Numbered from the stretch's first letter, positions 8,121-18,527 are shown. The stretch: 58,994 nt of DNA from Candidatus Eiseniibacteriota bacterium (GCA_043810925.1 JBDRNT010000035.1:1-58994), one strand, 5' to 3'. Program-made: numbers and translations. The notes: generated by a model from the letters alone, not told the origin.

Positions 8121-10331
8121 CTACTTGAGTATTACGACCTTCCTCGCGGCCGGCTTGCCATCAGGACCGGACAACACGAAGTAGATACCGGGTGTTACCG
8201 GATTCCCCTGCTCATCCTTAAGATCCCAGCTGGCCTCGCCGGATGAGGCGATCTGAAGCTCGCGTATCACCCTGCCGCGGACATCGAATATCGATATCGA
8301 CTCCGTTGTCAGACCGGAGGCGGCCAGTCTGACCGTTGTCCCGAGGTAGACAGGATTCGCGAACCCTCTGTCCTCATCGACCTGGGTAATGTCACCAACT
8401 CCGGCGCCCGTGACCGTGATCGACTCCCGCTGGCTCCAGTAACCCCACTGGCCGTCATCATCCCTCGCCATGACCTCATAATAATAGGCACCAACTCCAT
8501 TCGTCACATCGTAGTAGGTGTTGGTTATGGCATTGCTCAGTATGACCGAGGAGGTAAAGGTCTGCGTCGGGTAGATATCATCGACGTATATGCCTTCCTC
8601 GAGCACGTAGGAATCGGTCTTATAGCGGAAGCGCACGACTGTCGTTGTGTCGGCAAAGGCATCAAGCGGGAACGCGGCCTGCACCCAGCCGCCCGAGTTA
8701 CCTGTTATCCCGTTACCTGCGTTACTGCCGTTGGGATTGTAGGTCGTTGTTATGTTACCGGGAATTGGCCGGAATAATATGCCGCCGTCGGTCGAGACCT
8801 CAACATAGGCATAGTCCCAATCGGTTTCGATTTCATACCAGGTATCAAAGAAGAGCGTATCACCCGCTTCGACATCGATGGCTATTCCAGAAGTCAGTCT
8901 CGCATTGCGGTCGTTGGTGTGACCGCCGTAGAAACTCTGAACACCACTCGAGGCCCTCGCGGTACTCAACAGGAACTTCTGTCTCGCCCAGTTTACATCC
9001 CCCGCCTCGACATCGTCTGTGACTATGGCCGGGCCGGTCCGCTCCATCAGCGCAAACTGAACCGCCGGATTGATCGTATCCGATGTGTCGGGTGTCCAGG
9101 TAACGCTGTAGGCGCCGTCGTCATCATCCGGCATCGATGCGATCACCGGAGTCCCGGGAGGCAGAATCCGTCTCACGTTACCGGCATACTCGGCAGCGAG
9201 CAGGCTCGGCACCAGATTCTCCTGGCAGAGCGGTATGATGTCCGCCGCCGGCGGGTAGAACGCGTCACTGACTTCAAACGTGAAGGAGTAGACCTTTTCC
9301 TTGGTGGTCTGCTCACCATACATCCAGTCGTCGCTGTCACCATTTGTTGCATAGAGACCGGCGCCCGTGCCCGGGGCATACCCGTTATGCGCGGCCATAC
9401 TGTCTCCGAGTGCGGACAGAACGTCGTGATCGGGACACAATGCAGGCGTATAGCCCCATGCCCAGAGAATGAGATCGCCGTGGCTGTGATATGAAATGCA
9501 TGTCGAGAACTCATAGGTTTCCATCAGGTCCCGGATGGCCTGGGTTTCGGGCTCGGAGCATGCAGAGGGTCCGCGATAGGTCTCGTCTGACGGGGTCGGG
9601 CTCGAGCCTACATCGTCGTAACCCCACATGTAGCACCAGTTCCGGTTAAGATCGACGCCGTAGGACCCGCCGTTATCCCGGCGGTTCTTCCTCCAGTCAC
9701 CTGTATGCTCCACATACTCCCGGCCATCGGGGTTCATGAGCGGCACGATCCATATCTCACGGTTGTCCACAAGGAAGGTCGCAAGCGAGTCCGTACCGTA
9801 GTTCTGCACAAGCCAGTACATGATATAAAGCGGGATCTCCGGCGTGATGATCTCCCTGGCGTGATGAGCGCCGAGATAGAGCACCCGGGGCTCGTCCTCC
9901 GTCGTCCCGACATTGTCGGATATCTTCATGCCCCAGATGTCACGGCCCTCATGAGACGTACCCAGCGACTGCAGTTGGCAGATTGAGGGATAGGCCGTGG
10001 CGACGCTGTCCATATCGGTATAGGTTTCCTCATAGGTATGGAATGTCCCTCCCACTCCAAGCACACCCATCTCACGCATGTGCTTGTCGATGTCGTAGAT
10101 AAGGACTTCATTGTTGGGTGCCAGGAGATTGAGGTCACCAAGCTCATCGGTGTGAACAACAATGTCCGCATAGCGTTTGCCCCCCCAGCCGGCCACATCT
10201 TCAAACTGGGATACGACGGCCCTGCGATGATCGAGGTCGTCGAAGTAGACCCTGACAAGCGATTTTCCTGCGAAAGAAGCCGAAGCGGATACAAGCAAAG
10301 CAACTATTGCCAAAGCTATAAGTCTGCGCAT
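8121..10331 (-). CDS. Secreted M14 zinc carboxypeptidase (carboxypeptidase T-like) with beta-rich domain and FlgD-Ig/T9SS-like C-terminus
   Basis: Signal peptide MRRLIALA...ASFA; HHARE, WRKNR, GVDLNRN, ISYHSH and FTFEV motifs; C-terminal IFDVRGR...WD...GIYF...RKVVILK. SD AAGGAGG. Confidence 0.9.
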   Translation of the reverse strand: MRRLIALAIVALLVSASASFAGKSLVRVYFDDLDHRRAVVSQFEDVAGWGGKRYADIVVHTDELGDLNLLAPNNEVLIYDIDKHMREMGVLGVGGTFHTYEETYTDMDSVATAYPSICQLQSLGTSHEGRDIWGMKISDNVGTTEDEPRVLYLGAHHAREIITPEIPLYIMYWLVQNYGTDSLATFLVDNREIWIVPLMNPDGREYVEHTGDWRKNRRDNGGSYGVDLNRNWCYMWGYDDVGSSPTPSDETYRGPSACSEPETQAIRDLMETYEFSTCISYHSHGDLILWAWGYTPALCPDHDVLSALGDSMAAHNGYAPGTGAGLYATNGDSDDWMYGEQTTKEKVYSFTFEVSDAFYPPAADIIPLCQENLVPSLLAAEYAGNVRRILPPGTPVIASMPDDDDGAYSVTWTPDTSDTINPAVQFALMERTGPAIVTDDVEAGDVNWARQKFLLSTARASSGVQSFYGGHTNDRNARLTSGIAIDVEAGDTLFFDTWYEIETDWDYAYVEVSTDGGILFRPIPGNITTTYNPNGSNAGNGITGNSGGWVQAAFPLDAFADTTTVVRFRYKTDSYVLEEGIYVDDIYPTQTFTSSVILSNAITNTYYDVTNGVGAYYYEVMARDDDGQWGYWSQRESITVTGAGVGDITQVDEDRGFANPVYLGTTVRLAASGLTTESISIFDVRGRVIRELQIASSGEASWDLKDEQGNPVTPGIYFVLSGPDGKPAARKVVILK

Positions 10332-10405
10332 GGATGTCCCTCCTTCGCGCGTCGACATAATAAAGGGCAGCTTCTTGCTGCCCCGCAAAACCATCTTCAC
10401 AGACT

Positions 10406-10435
10406 ATTATACTACAGATTGTAACCCCTTGTCAA
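10406..10435 (-). promoter_or_regulatory. Consensus sigma70 promoter of the carboxypeptidase
   Basis: Minus strand TTGACA-18 nt-TATAAT. Confidence 0.75.
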
Positions 10436-10475
10436 CTATAACGAAAACGCACCCTTCCGAGCGTTCTGCGTGGGG

Positions 10476-13064
10476 TCACCCCTTCTTGAAGGTAAGCCGG
10501 CCGGTTTTCTTGTCCAGATCGACCTTGACCGTGTCCCCTTCCGTGAACTCCCCTTCAAGGAGCTTCAAAGCAAGCGGGTTCTGGACTTGCTTTTCTATGG
10601 TGCGTCTCAAGGGGCGCGCCCCGTAAGCCGGATCAAAACCCTCGTTGGCCAGGTACTCCCTCGCACTCTCGGAGAGAACCAAACCGAGTTTGCGCTCTTT
10701 CATCCTCGCTTTGAGCTCGTCGAGCTGGAGTTCGACGATCTGTTTGATCTCTTCCAGGCCGAGGCTGTTAAAGATGATCATCTCATCCACACGGTTCAGG
10801 AACTCGGGTCTGAAGTGGCCCTGAAGCGCCTCGGTGATCCGGCGTCTCATCTCATCGGGATTGTCGGCCAGATCGCGTATCCACTGGCTCCCGATGTTGG
10901 ATGTCATTATGATCACCGTGTTCTTGAAATCGACCGTCCTGCCCTTACCGTCGGTGAGTCTCCCATCGTCGAGTATCTGTAAGAGCAGGTTAAAGACATC
11001 CTGGTGCGCCTTTTCGATCTCATCGAAGAGGATCACCGAATAGGGCTTCCGCCGTATCATCTCGGTGAGATACCCACCCTCCTCGTAACCTACGTACCCG
11101 GGAGGAGCCCCGATCAGCCTGGCGACCGAGTGGCGTTCCATGAACTCGGACATGTCGATACGCGCCATCGCCTTCTCGTCATCGAACAGGAACTCGGCAA
11201 GCGCCCGCGCAAGTTCGGTCTTCCCCACACCAGTTGGGCCTAAGAATATGAACGAGCCCAGCGGCCGGTCGGGATCCTGAAGACCCGCCCGCGCCCGTCT
11301 TACCGCATTTGATACGGCCTCAATCACGTGGTCCTGACCCACCACTCTCATTCTGAGGCGCTCTTCCATCTTTATGAGTTTCTGGACCTCACCCTCCAAC
11401 ATTCTTGATACGGGGATGCCGGTCCACTTGGAGACGATCTCGGATATGTCCTCCTCATCAACCTCTTCCTTGAGCATCTTCTGGTCTTTCTGGAGGACCT
11501 GAAGGCGTTTGCTCTCCTCTTCGAGCCGCTTGGCCAATTCGACGAGTCTCCCGTACCTGATCTCGGCAACCCTATCCAGATTACCGGTTCGCTCCGCGCT
11601 CTCGGCTTCGGCCTTCAGGTTTTCGATCTCCTCCTTGGTCTTGCGCATCTTCTCGATTGCTTCCTTCTCCGACTGCCAGTGCGCCTTCATGCCCTTGCTT
11701 TTCTCACTTAAGTCGGCTATCTCGCGCTCAACCTTCCCGAGCCGTTCCTTCGAGGCCTTGTCCTTCTCCTTGGAAAGCGCCTGCTTCTCTATCGTAAGCT
11801 GCATTATCCTCCGTTCGACCTCATCGATCTCGGTCGGCATCGAGTCGATTTCGATCCTGAGGCGCGATGCCGCCTCATCAATGAGATCGATAGCCTTATC
11901 GGGCAGGAAGCGGTCGGTTATATAGCGATGCGAGAGCACGCTTGCGGCAACGAGGGCTGAGTCCTTTATCTCCACACCGTGATGGACTTCATAGCGTTCC
12001 TTAAGACCCCTCAAGATCGCGATCGTGTCCTCGACCGACGGCTCGCCGACAACGATGGGTTGAAACCTTCGCTCGAGTGCGGGATCTTTCTCGATCCGCT
12101 TTCTGTACTCATCGATCGTGGTAGCCCCGATGGCCCTGAGCTCGCCCCTGGCAAGCGCGGGCTTGAGCATGTTTGAAGCGTCGACGGCACCCTCCGCCCC
12201 ACCTGCACCGACAAGCGTATGGAGCTCATCGATGAAGAGGACGATCTTGCCTCCGGCTTCCTCTATTTCTCTTAAGACCGCCTTGAGCCGGTCCTCAAAC
12301 TCCCCCCTGAACTTTGACCCCGCGACGAGCGCACCGATATCGAGCCCCACAACCCGCTTATCCTTAAGCGTCTCCGGTACATCACCGTTTACCACCCGCT
12401 GGGCCAGACCCTCAACGATCGCGGTCTTCCCCACACCCGGCTCGCCTATGAGGACGGGGTTGTTCTTGGTTCTTCTCGATAGGACCTGAACGACCCGCCT
12501 GATCTCATCGTCCCTCCCGATCACAGGATCGAGTTTGCCTTTCCTGGCAAGATCCGTGAGATCGCGCGCAAACCTCTGAAGGGCCTGGTACTTGTCCTCG
12601 GGAGCCTGATCGGTCACCCGCTGGGTACCCCTTATCTCAACGAGGGCTTTATAGACATTGTCCTTGGTAACGCCGTTGCGCCCGAGGACCTGACTGGCCT
12701 TGGAATCAGTGTCGACAACACCGACCAGAAGATGCTCGGTGCTCACGAACTCATCCTTGAGCCGGTCCATCTCCTTAAAGGCAACATCAATCGCCTTCTT
12801 AAGGGATGGGGCCATGTAGGCGCCTGCCTCGGCGCCGCCCAGGACCTTCGGGAGTTTGCCTATCTCGGTCTGAAGCTCGCTCAGTATGGCTTCAGAGTCC
12901 GCCCCCACTTTCTTGAGGATCGGGACAACGATGCCCTCTTCCTGGGAAAGCAGGGCCGCCAGGAGATGCTCCGGGGCGATCTCCTGGTTGTTGCTCTCAG
13001 TTGCCAATCGTTGGGCGCTCGAGATACCCTCCTGCGCCTTTATCGTGAACCTGTCAAGTCTCAT
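10476..13064 (-). CDS. clpB: ATP-dependent disaggregase ClpB
   Basis: Two AAA+ domains ([16 protein letters not shown]), coiled-coil middle domain, [16 protein letters not shown]; start MRLDRFT with SD GGAGGGAG. Confidence 0.97.
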   Translation of the reverse strand: MRLDRFTIKAQEGISSAQRLATESNNQEIAPEHLLAALLSQEEGIVVPILKKVGADSEAILSELQTEIGKLPKVLGGAEAGAYMAPSLKKAIDVAFKEMDRLKDEFVSTEHLLVGVVDTDSKASQVLGRNGVTKDNVYKALVEIRGTQRVTDQAPEDKYQALQRFARDLTDLARKGKLDPVIGRDDEIRRVVQVLSRRTKNNPVLIGEPGVGKTAIVEGLAQRVVNGDVPETLKDKRVVGLDIGALVAGSKFRGEFEDRLKAVLREIEEAGGKIVLFIDELHTLVGAGGAEGAVDASNMLKPALARGELRAIGATTIDEYRKRIEKDPALERRFQPIVVGEPSVEDTIAILRGLKERYEVHHGVEIKDSALVAASVLSHRYITDRFLPDKAIDLIDEAASRLRIEIDSMPTEIDEVERRIMQLTIEKQALSKEKDKASKERLGKVEREIADLSEKSKGMKAHWQSEKEAIEKMRKTKEEIENLKAEAESAERTGNLDRVAEIRYGRLVELAKRLEEESKRLQVLQKDQKMLKEEVDEEDISEIVSKWTGIPVSRMLEGEVQKLIKMEERLRMRVVGQDHVIEAVSNAVRRARAGLQDPDRPLGSFIFLGPTGVGKTELARALAEFLFDDEKAMARIDMSEFMERHSVARLIGAPPGYVGYEEGGYLTEMIRRKPYSVILFDEIEKAHQDVFNLLLQILDDGRLTDGKGRTVDFKNTVIIMTSNIGSQWIRDLADNPDEMRRRITEALQGHFRPEFLNRVDEMIIFNSLGLEEIKQIVELQLDELKARMKERKLGLVLSESAREYLANEGFDPAYGARPLRRTIEKQVQNPLALKLLEGEFTEGDTVKVDLDKKTGRLTFKKG

Positions 13065-13138
13065 GGGAATCTCCCTCCAGCTGCTCCCCGCCAAGCGTCT
13101 CACCATCGTGTGATGAGTCTCTTACGGCGACCATGATA

Positions 13139-13840
13139 TCATCTACTCCTGTACAGGACCCTCGGTTTCGGTCTGAAGAGCATAAAGACAAGAATGCCCC
13201 CGATGAAGCCTCCTACGTGCGCCCACCAGGCGACGCCACCCGTAGCTGATGATGACACCACCGAGGCGGCTCCGCTAAAGACCTGGAGTATGAACCAGAA
13301 GCCGAGCACTATCAGCGCCGGCAGCTCAATGAAGTGTAGCAGGAAGAACAAGGGCACAACAGTGAGAATCCGGGCACGTGGATAGGACACAAGATAAGCA
13401 CCGAGCACACCCGCTACCGCACCACTTGCCCCGATCGCCGGCATACCTGATGTTGCGTTAAGCGCATAGTGGCCCCCGTTGGCAACCAGACCGCAAACAA
13501 TATAGAAGACCAGGAAGCGGATGTGACCGAGCCGGTCCTCGATATTGTCGCCGAAAATCCAGAGATACCACATGTTCCCGATGAGATGGATCCACCCACC
13601 ATGGAGAAACATCGATGAGAAGAACGGAAAGAAAGCCTGCCCTGCAGAGACATCACCACCTCTGGCAAAAGCCGTAACATGGCCCGGGACCATCCCGTAG
13701 TTGCCGACAAAGGCCCTGAGACCCTTTGATCCCAGGGACACCTCGAAAAGAAAGACCAGGACATTGACGGCAATCAGGCCTACAGTGATGATTGGGAAAG
13801 TCCTCGACGGCACATCATCTCTGATCGGAAACATAGCCAC
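13139..13840 (-). CDS. Rhomboid-family intramembrane serine protease
   Basis: SMFLHGG.IHL.GNM, GASG catalytic Ser, WWAHVGGF catalytic His. Confidence 0.93.
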   Translation of the reverse strand: MAMFPIRDDVPSRTFPIITVGLIAVNVLVFLFEVSLGSKGLRAFVGNYGMVPGHVTAFARGGDVSAGQAFFPFFSSMFLHGGWIHLIGNMWYLWIFGDNIEDRLGHIRFLVFYIVCGLVANGGHYALNATSGMPAIGASGAVAGVLGAYLVSYPRARILTVVPLFFLLHFIELPALIVLGFWFILQVFSGAASVVSSSATGGVAWWAHVGGFIGGILVFMLFRPKPRVLYRSR

Positions 13841-13861
13841 TCACTCCCGCAAGTCTGCCTA

Positions 13862-13890
13862 AATGTAAGAGTCCCACGAACCCGTGTCAA
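13862..13890 (-). promoter_or_regulatory. Putative sigma70 promoter for rhomboid-clpB
   Basis: Minus strand TTGACA-17 nt-TACATT. Confidence 0.6.
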
Positions 13891-13937
13891 CACCTTCCCC
13901 GGACGCCGCTTGCGAAGAGTCATTACTATCAGGGCGG

Positions 13938-13966
13938 TTGACTTGCGGTCGGCCGCACGCTAACAT
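13938..13966 (+). promoter_or_regulatory. Putative sigma70 promoter for the spermidine-synthase-like fusion
   Basis: TTGACT-17 nt-TAACAT; the spacer contains the near-palindrome TGCGGTCGGCCGCA. Confidence 0.6.
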
Positions 13967-13973
13967 CATAGAT

Positions 13974-14088
13974 AAATCGGTGACAGTCTGGTAAATTCTT
14001 CTGATGGCTGGGCCGTATGGTCACCATAATTGGTGAACTGTCACCGAATTAAGCGGGTAGCCGGTAATTTGTAAGCTGGTACCGAATT
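13974..14088. repeat. REP-like inverted pair plus four degenerate 19-nt units ending in AATT
   Basis: TCGGTGACAGT (13977-13987) pairs with ACTGTCACCGA (14037-14047). AATT occurs at 14028, 14047, 14066 and 14085 (period 19). Same motif as at 1710-1786. Confidence 0.7.
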
Positions 14089-14112
14089 ATGGGATTAGCG
14101 AGGGAGTATTGA

Positions 14113-17100
14113 ATGCGATCAGATAAGAGCACTGTTCTGGTTTTCGCGCTATTCTTTGTGTCCGGGATCACCGGTCTGGTGTACGAAGTAGCGTGGACAC
14201 GTATGTTGATCACTGTGTTCGGTAGCACCACCTATGCGGTGAGTACCGTGCTTGCCGCTTTCATGGGGGGACTCGCGCTCGGAAGCATTATCCTCGGCAA
14301 GTTCGGGGACAGGCTTCAGCGGCCTGTACTGGCCTACGGCATTCTTGAGATCCTGATAGGAATTTATGCGGTCTTGATGCCCTCGATCATCGGTGGGCTC
14401 TTCGGGATCTATTCTGCGGTCTTCGAGGCCTTCGGGCAGCAGCCGCTACCGGTGACGATCCTGCGATTCCTCCTGACCTTTCTCGTGATCTTGATCCCGA
14501 CCACCCTGATGGGCGGGACGCTGCCTATCCTAAGCAAGTTCGCAGGCAGGGAGTTTGCCAGGATCGGTAAGAACATCGGTGGACTTTATGCTCTTAACAC
14601 CTTCGGTGCAGTGATCGGTTCATTTATGACCGGCTTTGTGCTGCTTGAGTTCCTGGGTGTATCATCTTCAGTCTACCTCGCTGCAGTCGTCACGATCATG
14701 GTGGGCATCACAGCGTTCGCAACAGGCAGGAAGCCTGTAACTCTGACAGCACCCGGACCGTCGGGCGAGACTGCGAAACCGTCTGAGGCCGCAGCTCTAC
14801 CCAGATACACGGCCTTTGTCGCACTCCTGGCGATCGGCATATCGGGCGGTGCAGCCCTTGCATACGAAGTGATTTATACCAAGGTGCTTGTGTTCTCACT
14901 CGGCGCGTCGGCCCATGCCTTTAGCCTCATGCTTACGACGTTTCTAATTGGAATTGCCCTCGGAAGTCTCATATCTTCACGGCTCGCGGATCGCTCAAAG
15001 CATCCGGCAGCGGCCTTCGGCAGCATTGAGATAATCATAGGACTTACGGCCCTCGCTTCGATCTACCTCCTCTCGCGGCTCGATCTCACGCGCCAGTACC
15101 TTGACCTGAGGGACGCCGGTGGTGATCTTTTCAAACTCAGGGGTGGAGGATTCCTCCAGGCGGCCACGATCCTCCTCGTGCCGGCCGTCTTCATGGGCGC
15201 GGCCTTCCCGTTTGTGACCCGGATCTATGCCAGGAAGGACCTCGTATCGTCTTCAATCGGGCGTATCTACTTCTTCAATACGATCGGTGCCGTGGCGGGA
15301 TCGCTGATCGCGGGTTTCGTGCTGGTACCTCTTCTGGGCTCCGCACGGTCGATAGCATTTATTGCTTCGTTTAACATAGCGGCCGGCGTGCTCCTCTTTT
15401 CATGTGGCGCCAGGCGGAAGGTGTGGGCGGCTGCGGCTCCATGTGCGCTTATCGTCTTCATGATTGTCGCATCGCTCATCAGACCGGCCGTGTTTGCACG
15501 CACCTTCAACATAAAGGAGAAGGGAAGTGAGCTTCTCTACTTCAAGGAGGGTGTAAGTGGAACCGTCACGGTACACCGTTACCCCGGCTACGACCTGCTT
15601 GCAATTGACGGAGTCAATGTCGCCGGCACGAGCGATATGCTCCGCGTTACGCAGAAACTCCAGGGTCACCTCCCGATACTGCTCGCACCCGGGAAGGACA
15701 GGGTCGCCCACATAGGTTTCGGAAGCGGGGAGACGCTGCGTATCCTGACACTGCACGGTGCGCATCACATAGACGGAATCGAGATATGCAGGGACGTGAT
15801 AAGTGTCGCCAAGAGGTTCTTCAGTGACTTGAACCGGCTTGTTTTCGACAGGCCGGAGGTCCACATCACGATCATGGACGGTAAGAACTTCGTACTTCTG
15901 ACCCAGGACGAATACGACATCATAATGACCGATTCGATATACCCCGGTGCCGGAGGCGCATCGGCCCTTTATACTTACGATCACTTCATGGCGGTCAGGG
16001 ACAAACTCAAGACCGGAGGAATCGCATCATGCTGGCTCCCGCTCGATCTTAGCCGGGAGGATATGCAGGTTGCGCTCAAGGCCTTCAGCGATGCCTTCCC
16101 CGACATGGCGATCTGGTATTGTTACATGACATTCTCACAGCATGCGTTGCTTGTGGGCAAGAAGGACGGGGCGATCGACATCGACCTTGCGCGATTCGTC
16201 GACGCCTTCGAGGACTCCGTGATACGTGAGGATTTCCGGTCCATACTGATAGACGATCCGTTCACCCTGATATCGTGTTTCTTCGCAGACGGTGATGCCG
16301 TGAGAGAGTTCTGCGGTGATGCACCCAGGCACTCGGATGACCACCCGGTCCTCGAATTCGGTATGGCCCGCAGGGGCAGCGCCAAGCCTTATCTGAGCAC
16401 CAACCTCGAGGAGCTCCTGGCCTTAAGGCCGAATCCGCTGCCGTATGTGACCAACATTTCAGGTGCGGGTATGGACTCTGCATATGTCGCCCGTGAAGTA
16501 CTATCGCAGCTTCTCCTGTCATCCAATATCATTGGCGGGCATGTCCTCAATGCACACGGCGAGGCGGGCAGGGCCAGGGCACAATACGAAAAAGCGCTCA
16601 GTCTTGATCCGGAAAATCGCATCGCAACCTACCTGATCAACACTCTGGATACGACCCTGGGCAGCCTTGAGACCGCGGCCCGCACCGGCCAGGGAGGATA
16701 TCAGGCCGCGTATTCCCTCGGAGTCAGATACCTGGCTGAAGGTAAGTTTGAAGAGTCACTTCGGGAGCTGGAGCGCGCACTGTCCTTAAGACCCGATCTT
16801 CCCGATCCATACGTGACGATCGGTGAATGGTACATGCGACAGGCGAAGCCGGAAAGGGCAGCTGAGTACCTGGTGAAGGCCAACGATCTCAAACCAGGTG
16901 ATGACGGTATCCTGGTCAGGCTGGGGCTGATGTACCATGCCGTGGGGAAACGGGACGAGGCCAAGACAGCCCTACTGAATGCCCTGAAGATCAATCCCAA
17001 CGTTTATGAGGCCAGGATTGAGCTCGGTGCCATCCAACTATCTGAAGGCGATCTCCCCGGTGCCCGGCAACAGTTTGAGAACGCTGAGAAGATCGCCCCT

Positions 17101-17349
17101 TCCAAGCCCATGGCGGTCTACAATCTCGGTCTCACCTATGAGATGGAACACAATTGGACGGAGGCGGTGAATCACTTCAGAAAGGCGCTTGCGGTGGCGC
17201 CAACCTCCTATCTCGCGCACTTCCACCTGGGCAATGCTCTTTATGGACTGGGAGACGTCGATGCTGCGATTCGGGAATGGGAAACTACGCTCTCAATCAG
17301 ACCCGATCATCCCGGGGCGAGAGAGAATCTGAGCAAATACAGGCGTTGA
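14113..17349 (+). CDS. Fused membrane (MFS-like)/spermidine synthase-like SAM-dependent domain/TPR protein
   Basis: N-terminal SGITGLVYEVAWTRML multi-TM region; IGFGSG, GIEI, MDG and YDIIMTDS class I SAM-binding motifs; C-terminal TPR repeats. Confidence 0.85.
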   Translation: MRSDKSTVLVFALFFVSGITGLVYEVAWTRMLITVFGSTTYAVSTVLAAFMGGLALGSIILGKFGDRLQRPVLAYGILEILIGIYAVLMPSIIGGLFGIYSAVFEAFGQQPLPVTILRFLLTFLVILIPTTLMGGTLPILSKFAGREFARIGKNIGGLYALNTFGAVIGSFMTGFVLLEFLGVSSSVYLAAVVTIMVGITAFATGRKPVTLTAPGPSGETAKPSEAAALPRYTAFVALLAIGISGGAALAYEVIYTKVLVFSLGASAHAFSLMLTTFLIGIALGSLISSRLADRSKHPAAAFGSIEIIIGLTALASIYLLSRLDLTRQYLDLRDAGGDLFKLRGGGFLQAATILLVPAVFMGAAFPFVTRIYARKDLVSSSIGRIYFFNTIGAVAGSLIAGFVLVPLLGSARSIAFIASFNIAAGVLLFSCGARRKVWAAAAPCALIVFMIVASLIRPAVFARTFNIKEKGSELLYFKEGVSGTVTVHRYPGYDLLAIDGVNVAGTSDMLRVTQKLQGHLPILLAPGKDRVAHIGFGSGETLRILTLHGAHHIDGIEICRDVISVAKRFFSDLNRLVFDRPEVHITIMDGKNFVLLTQDEYDIIMTDSIYPGAGGASALYTYDHFMAVRDKLKTGGIASCWLPLDLSREDMQVALKAFSDAFPDMAIWYCYMTFSQHALLVGKKDGAIDIDLARFVDAFEDSVIREDFRSILIDDPFTLISCFFADGDAVREFCGDAPRHSDDHPVLEFGMARRGSAKPYLSTNLEELLALRPNPLPYVTNISGAGMDSAYVAREVLSQLLLSSNIIGGHVLNAHGEAGRARAQYEKALSLDPENRIATYLINTLDTTLGSLETAARTGQGGYQAAYSLGVRYLAEGKFEESLRELERALSLRPDLPDPYVTIGEWYMRQAKPERAAEYLVKANDLKPGDDGILVRLGLMYHAVGKRDEAKTALLNALKINPNVYEARIELGAIQLSEGDLPGARQQFENAEKIAPSKPMAVYNLGLTYEMEHNWTEAVNHFRKALAVAPTSYLAHFHLGNALYGLGDVDAAIREWETTLSIRPDHPGARENLSKYRR

Positions 17350-17384
17350 GTCAGCGCAACCTAGTGTAACGTCCCATGTATACC

Positions 17385-17413
17385 TTGACAGTAATTGGTA
17401 GTTGTGGTATCCT
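17385..17413 (+). promoter_or_regulatory. Transposase promoter with -35 in the left IR
   Basis: TTGACA-17 nt-TATCCT with extended TG. Confidence 0.65.
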
Positions 17414-17438
17414 TCCTCAGAATGAGAGGAGGGAGCTT

Positions 17439-18527
17439 ATGCCTAGAGGTCCCGGTGCAGTTGCTATTGAGTTGAGCGAAGAGGTTCGTGCTGAGATCGA
17501 AGCGATGACGCGGTCTCGTACACTGCCTAACCCCCTTGTGCGTCGTGCCCAGGTGGTGCTTCTGGCAGCTGAGGGAAAGCCTAATGGGCAGATCGGGGAA
17601 ATGACGGGTTTGTCCCGAGCCACAGTGATCAAGTGGCGCCGGCGTTATGCGAAACAGGGTCTGGTGGGGTTGTACGACGAGCCGCGCCCCGGCGGTCCGC
17701 GCTCGATCGAGGATGATCGGATCGTCGCCCTGATTCGAAAGACTATCCGGACCAAGCCCAAAGATCGAACCAACTGGAGTTGTCGCGCGATTGCCGACGA
17801 GACGGGCTTGTCTAAATCTACAGTGCAGCGGGTGTGGAGAGCATTCGGTCTTCAGCCGCATCGCCAGAAGCATTTCAACCTTTCCACTGATGCGTTCTTC
17901 GTCGAGAAAGTCCGGGATATCGTCGGCCTGTACCTGAACCCGCCGGATAAGGCCATGGTGCTGTGCGTTGACGAGAAGAGTCAGATCCAGGCTCTGGACC
18001 GCACTCAACCGGTCTTGCCTATGGGGCTTGGCTACGTCGAGGGGGTCACACACACTTACCGGCGACATGGGACGACTACTCTGTTTGCTGCCCTCGACAT
18101 AGCCTCCGGTCATGTGCTGGCGCGCTGTGCTCGGCGACATCGGCATCAGGAGTTTCTTCGGTTCCTCCAGCAGATAGACACCAATGTCCCGAAGCAACTG
18201 GATGTCCATCTCGTGATCGACAACTATGCCACTCACAAGCATGCCAAGGTGCGGCGCTGGATCGCCGCTCGTCCCCGGTTTCATGTACACTATACTCCTA
18301 CCTACGCTTCTTGGCTCAATCAGGTAGAGATATGGTTTAACATCATCACGCAGCAAGCAATCCGCCGTGGTACCTTTCATAGTGTTAAAGACCTGGTGCG
18401 CAAAATCGATGGCTTCGTCTCTGAGTACAACAGAAACTCCAAACCATTCGCATGGACCGCAACCGCTGATTCCATACTTCAAAAGATCGAAAGATTATGT
18501 CAAACTATTTCTGGGACACAACACTAG
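17439..18527 (+). CDS. IS630-family DDE transposase
   Basis: HTH N-terminus (RRAQVVLLAAEG; D.PRPG.P); catalytic CVDEKS, VIDNYATHK, SWLNQVEIWF. SD GAGGAGG before ATG 17439; single uninterrupted frame. Confidence 0.95.
   Translation: MPRGPGAVAIELSEEVRAEIEAMTRSRTLPNPLVRRAQVVLLAAEGKPNGQIGEMTGLSRATVIKWRRRYAKQGLVGLYDEPRPGGPRSIEDDRIVALIRKTIRTKPKDRTNWSCRAIADETGLSKSTVQRVWRAFGLQPHRQKHFNLSTDAFFVEKVRDIVGLYLNPPDKAMVLCVDEKSQIQALDRTQPVLPMGLGYVEGVTHTYRRHGTTTLFAALDIASGHVLARCARRHRHQEFLRFLQQIDTNVPKQLDVHLVIDNYATHKHAKVRRWIAARPRFHVHYTPTYASWLNQVEIWFNIITQQAIRRGTFHSVKDLVRKIDGFVSEYNRNSKPFAWTATADSILQKIERLCQTISGTQH

Larger units (their letters stand above)
17361..18527 (+). mobile_element. IS630-family insertion sequence, apparently intact
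   Basis: Imperfect terminal IRs: CTAGTGTAACGTCCCATGTATACCTTGACA versus reverse complement of the right end CTAGTGTTGTGTCCCAGAAATAGTTTGACA (22/30). CTAG on both sides, consistent with the IS630 TA target in CTAG context. Confidence 0.93.

Noticed and set aside
14013-14088. Possible CRISPR or guide-RNA array
   Set aside because: Only four 19-nt degenerate units, no constant repeat of CRISPR length, and no cas or other nuclease gene in the window.
17361-18482. 373-aa ORF antisense to the transposase
   Set aside because: It fully shadows the IS630 transposase, has no recognisable motif, and long antisense frames are common in such elements.
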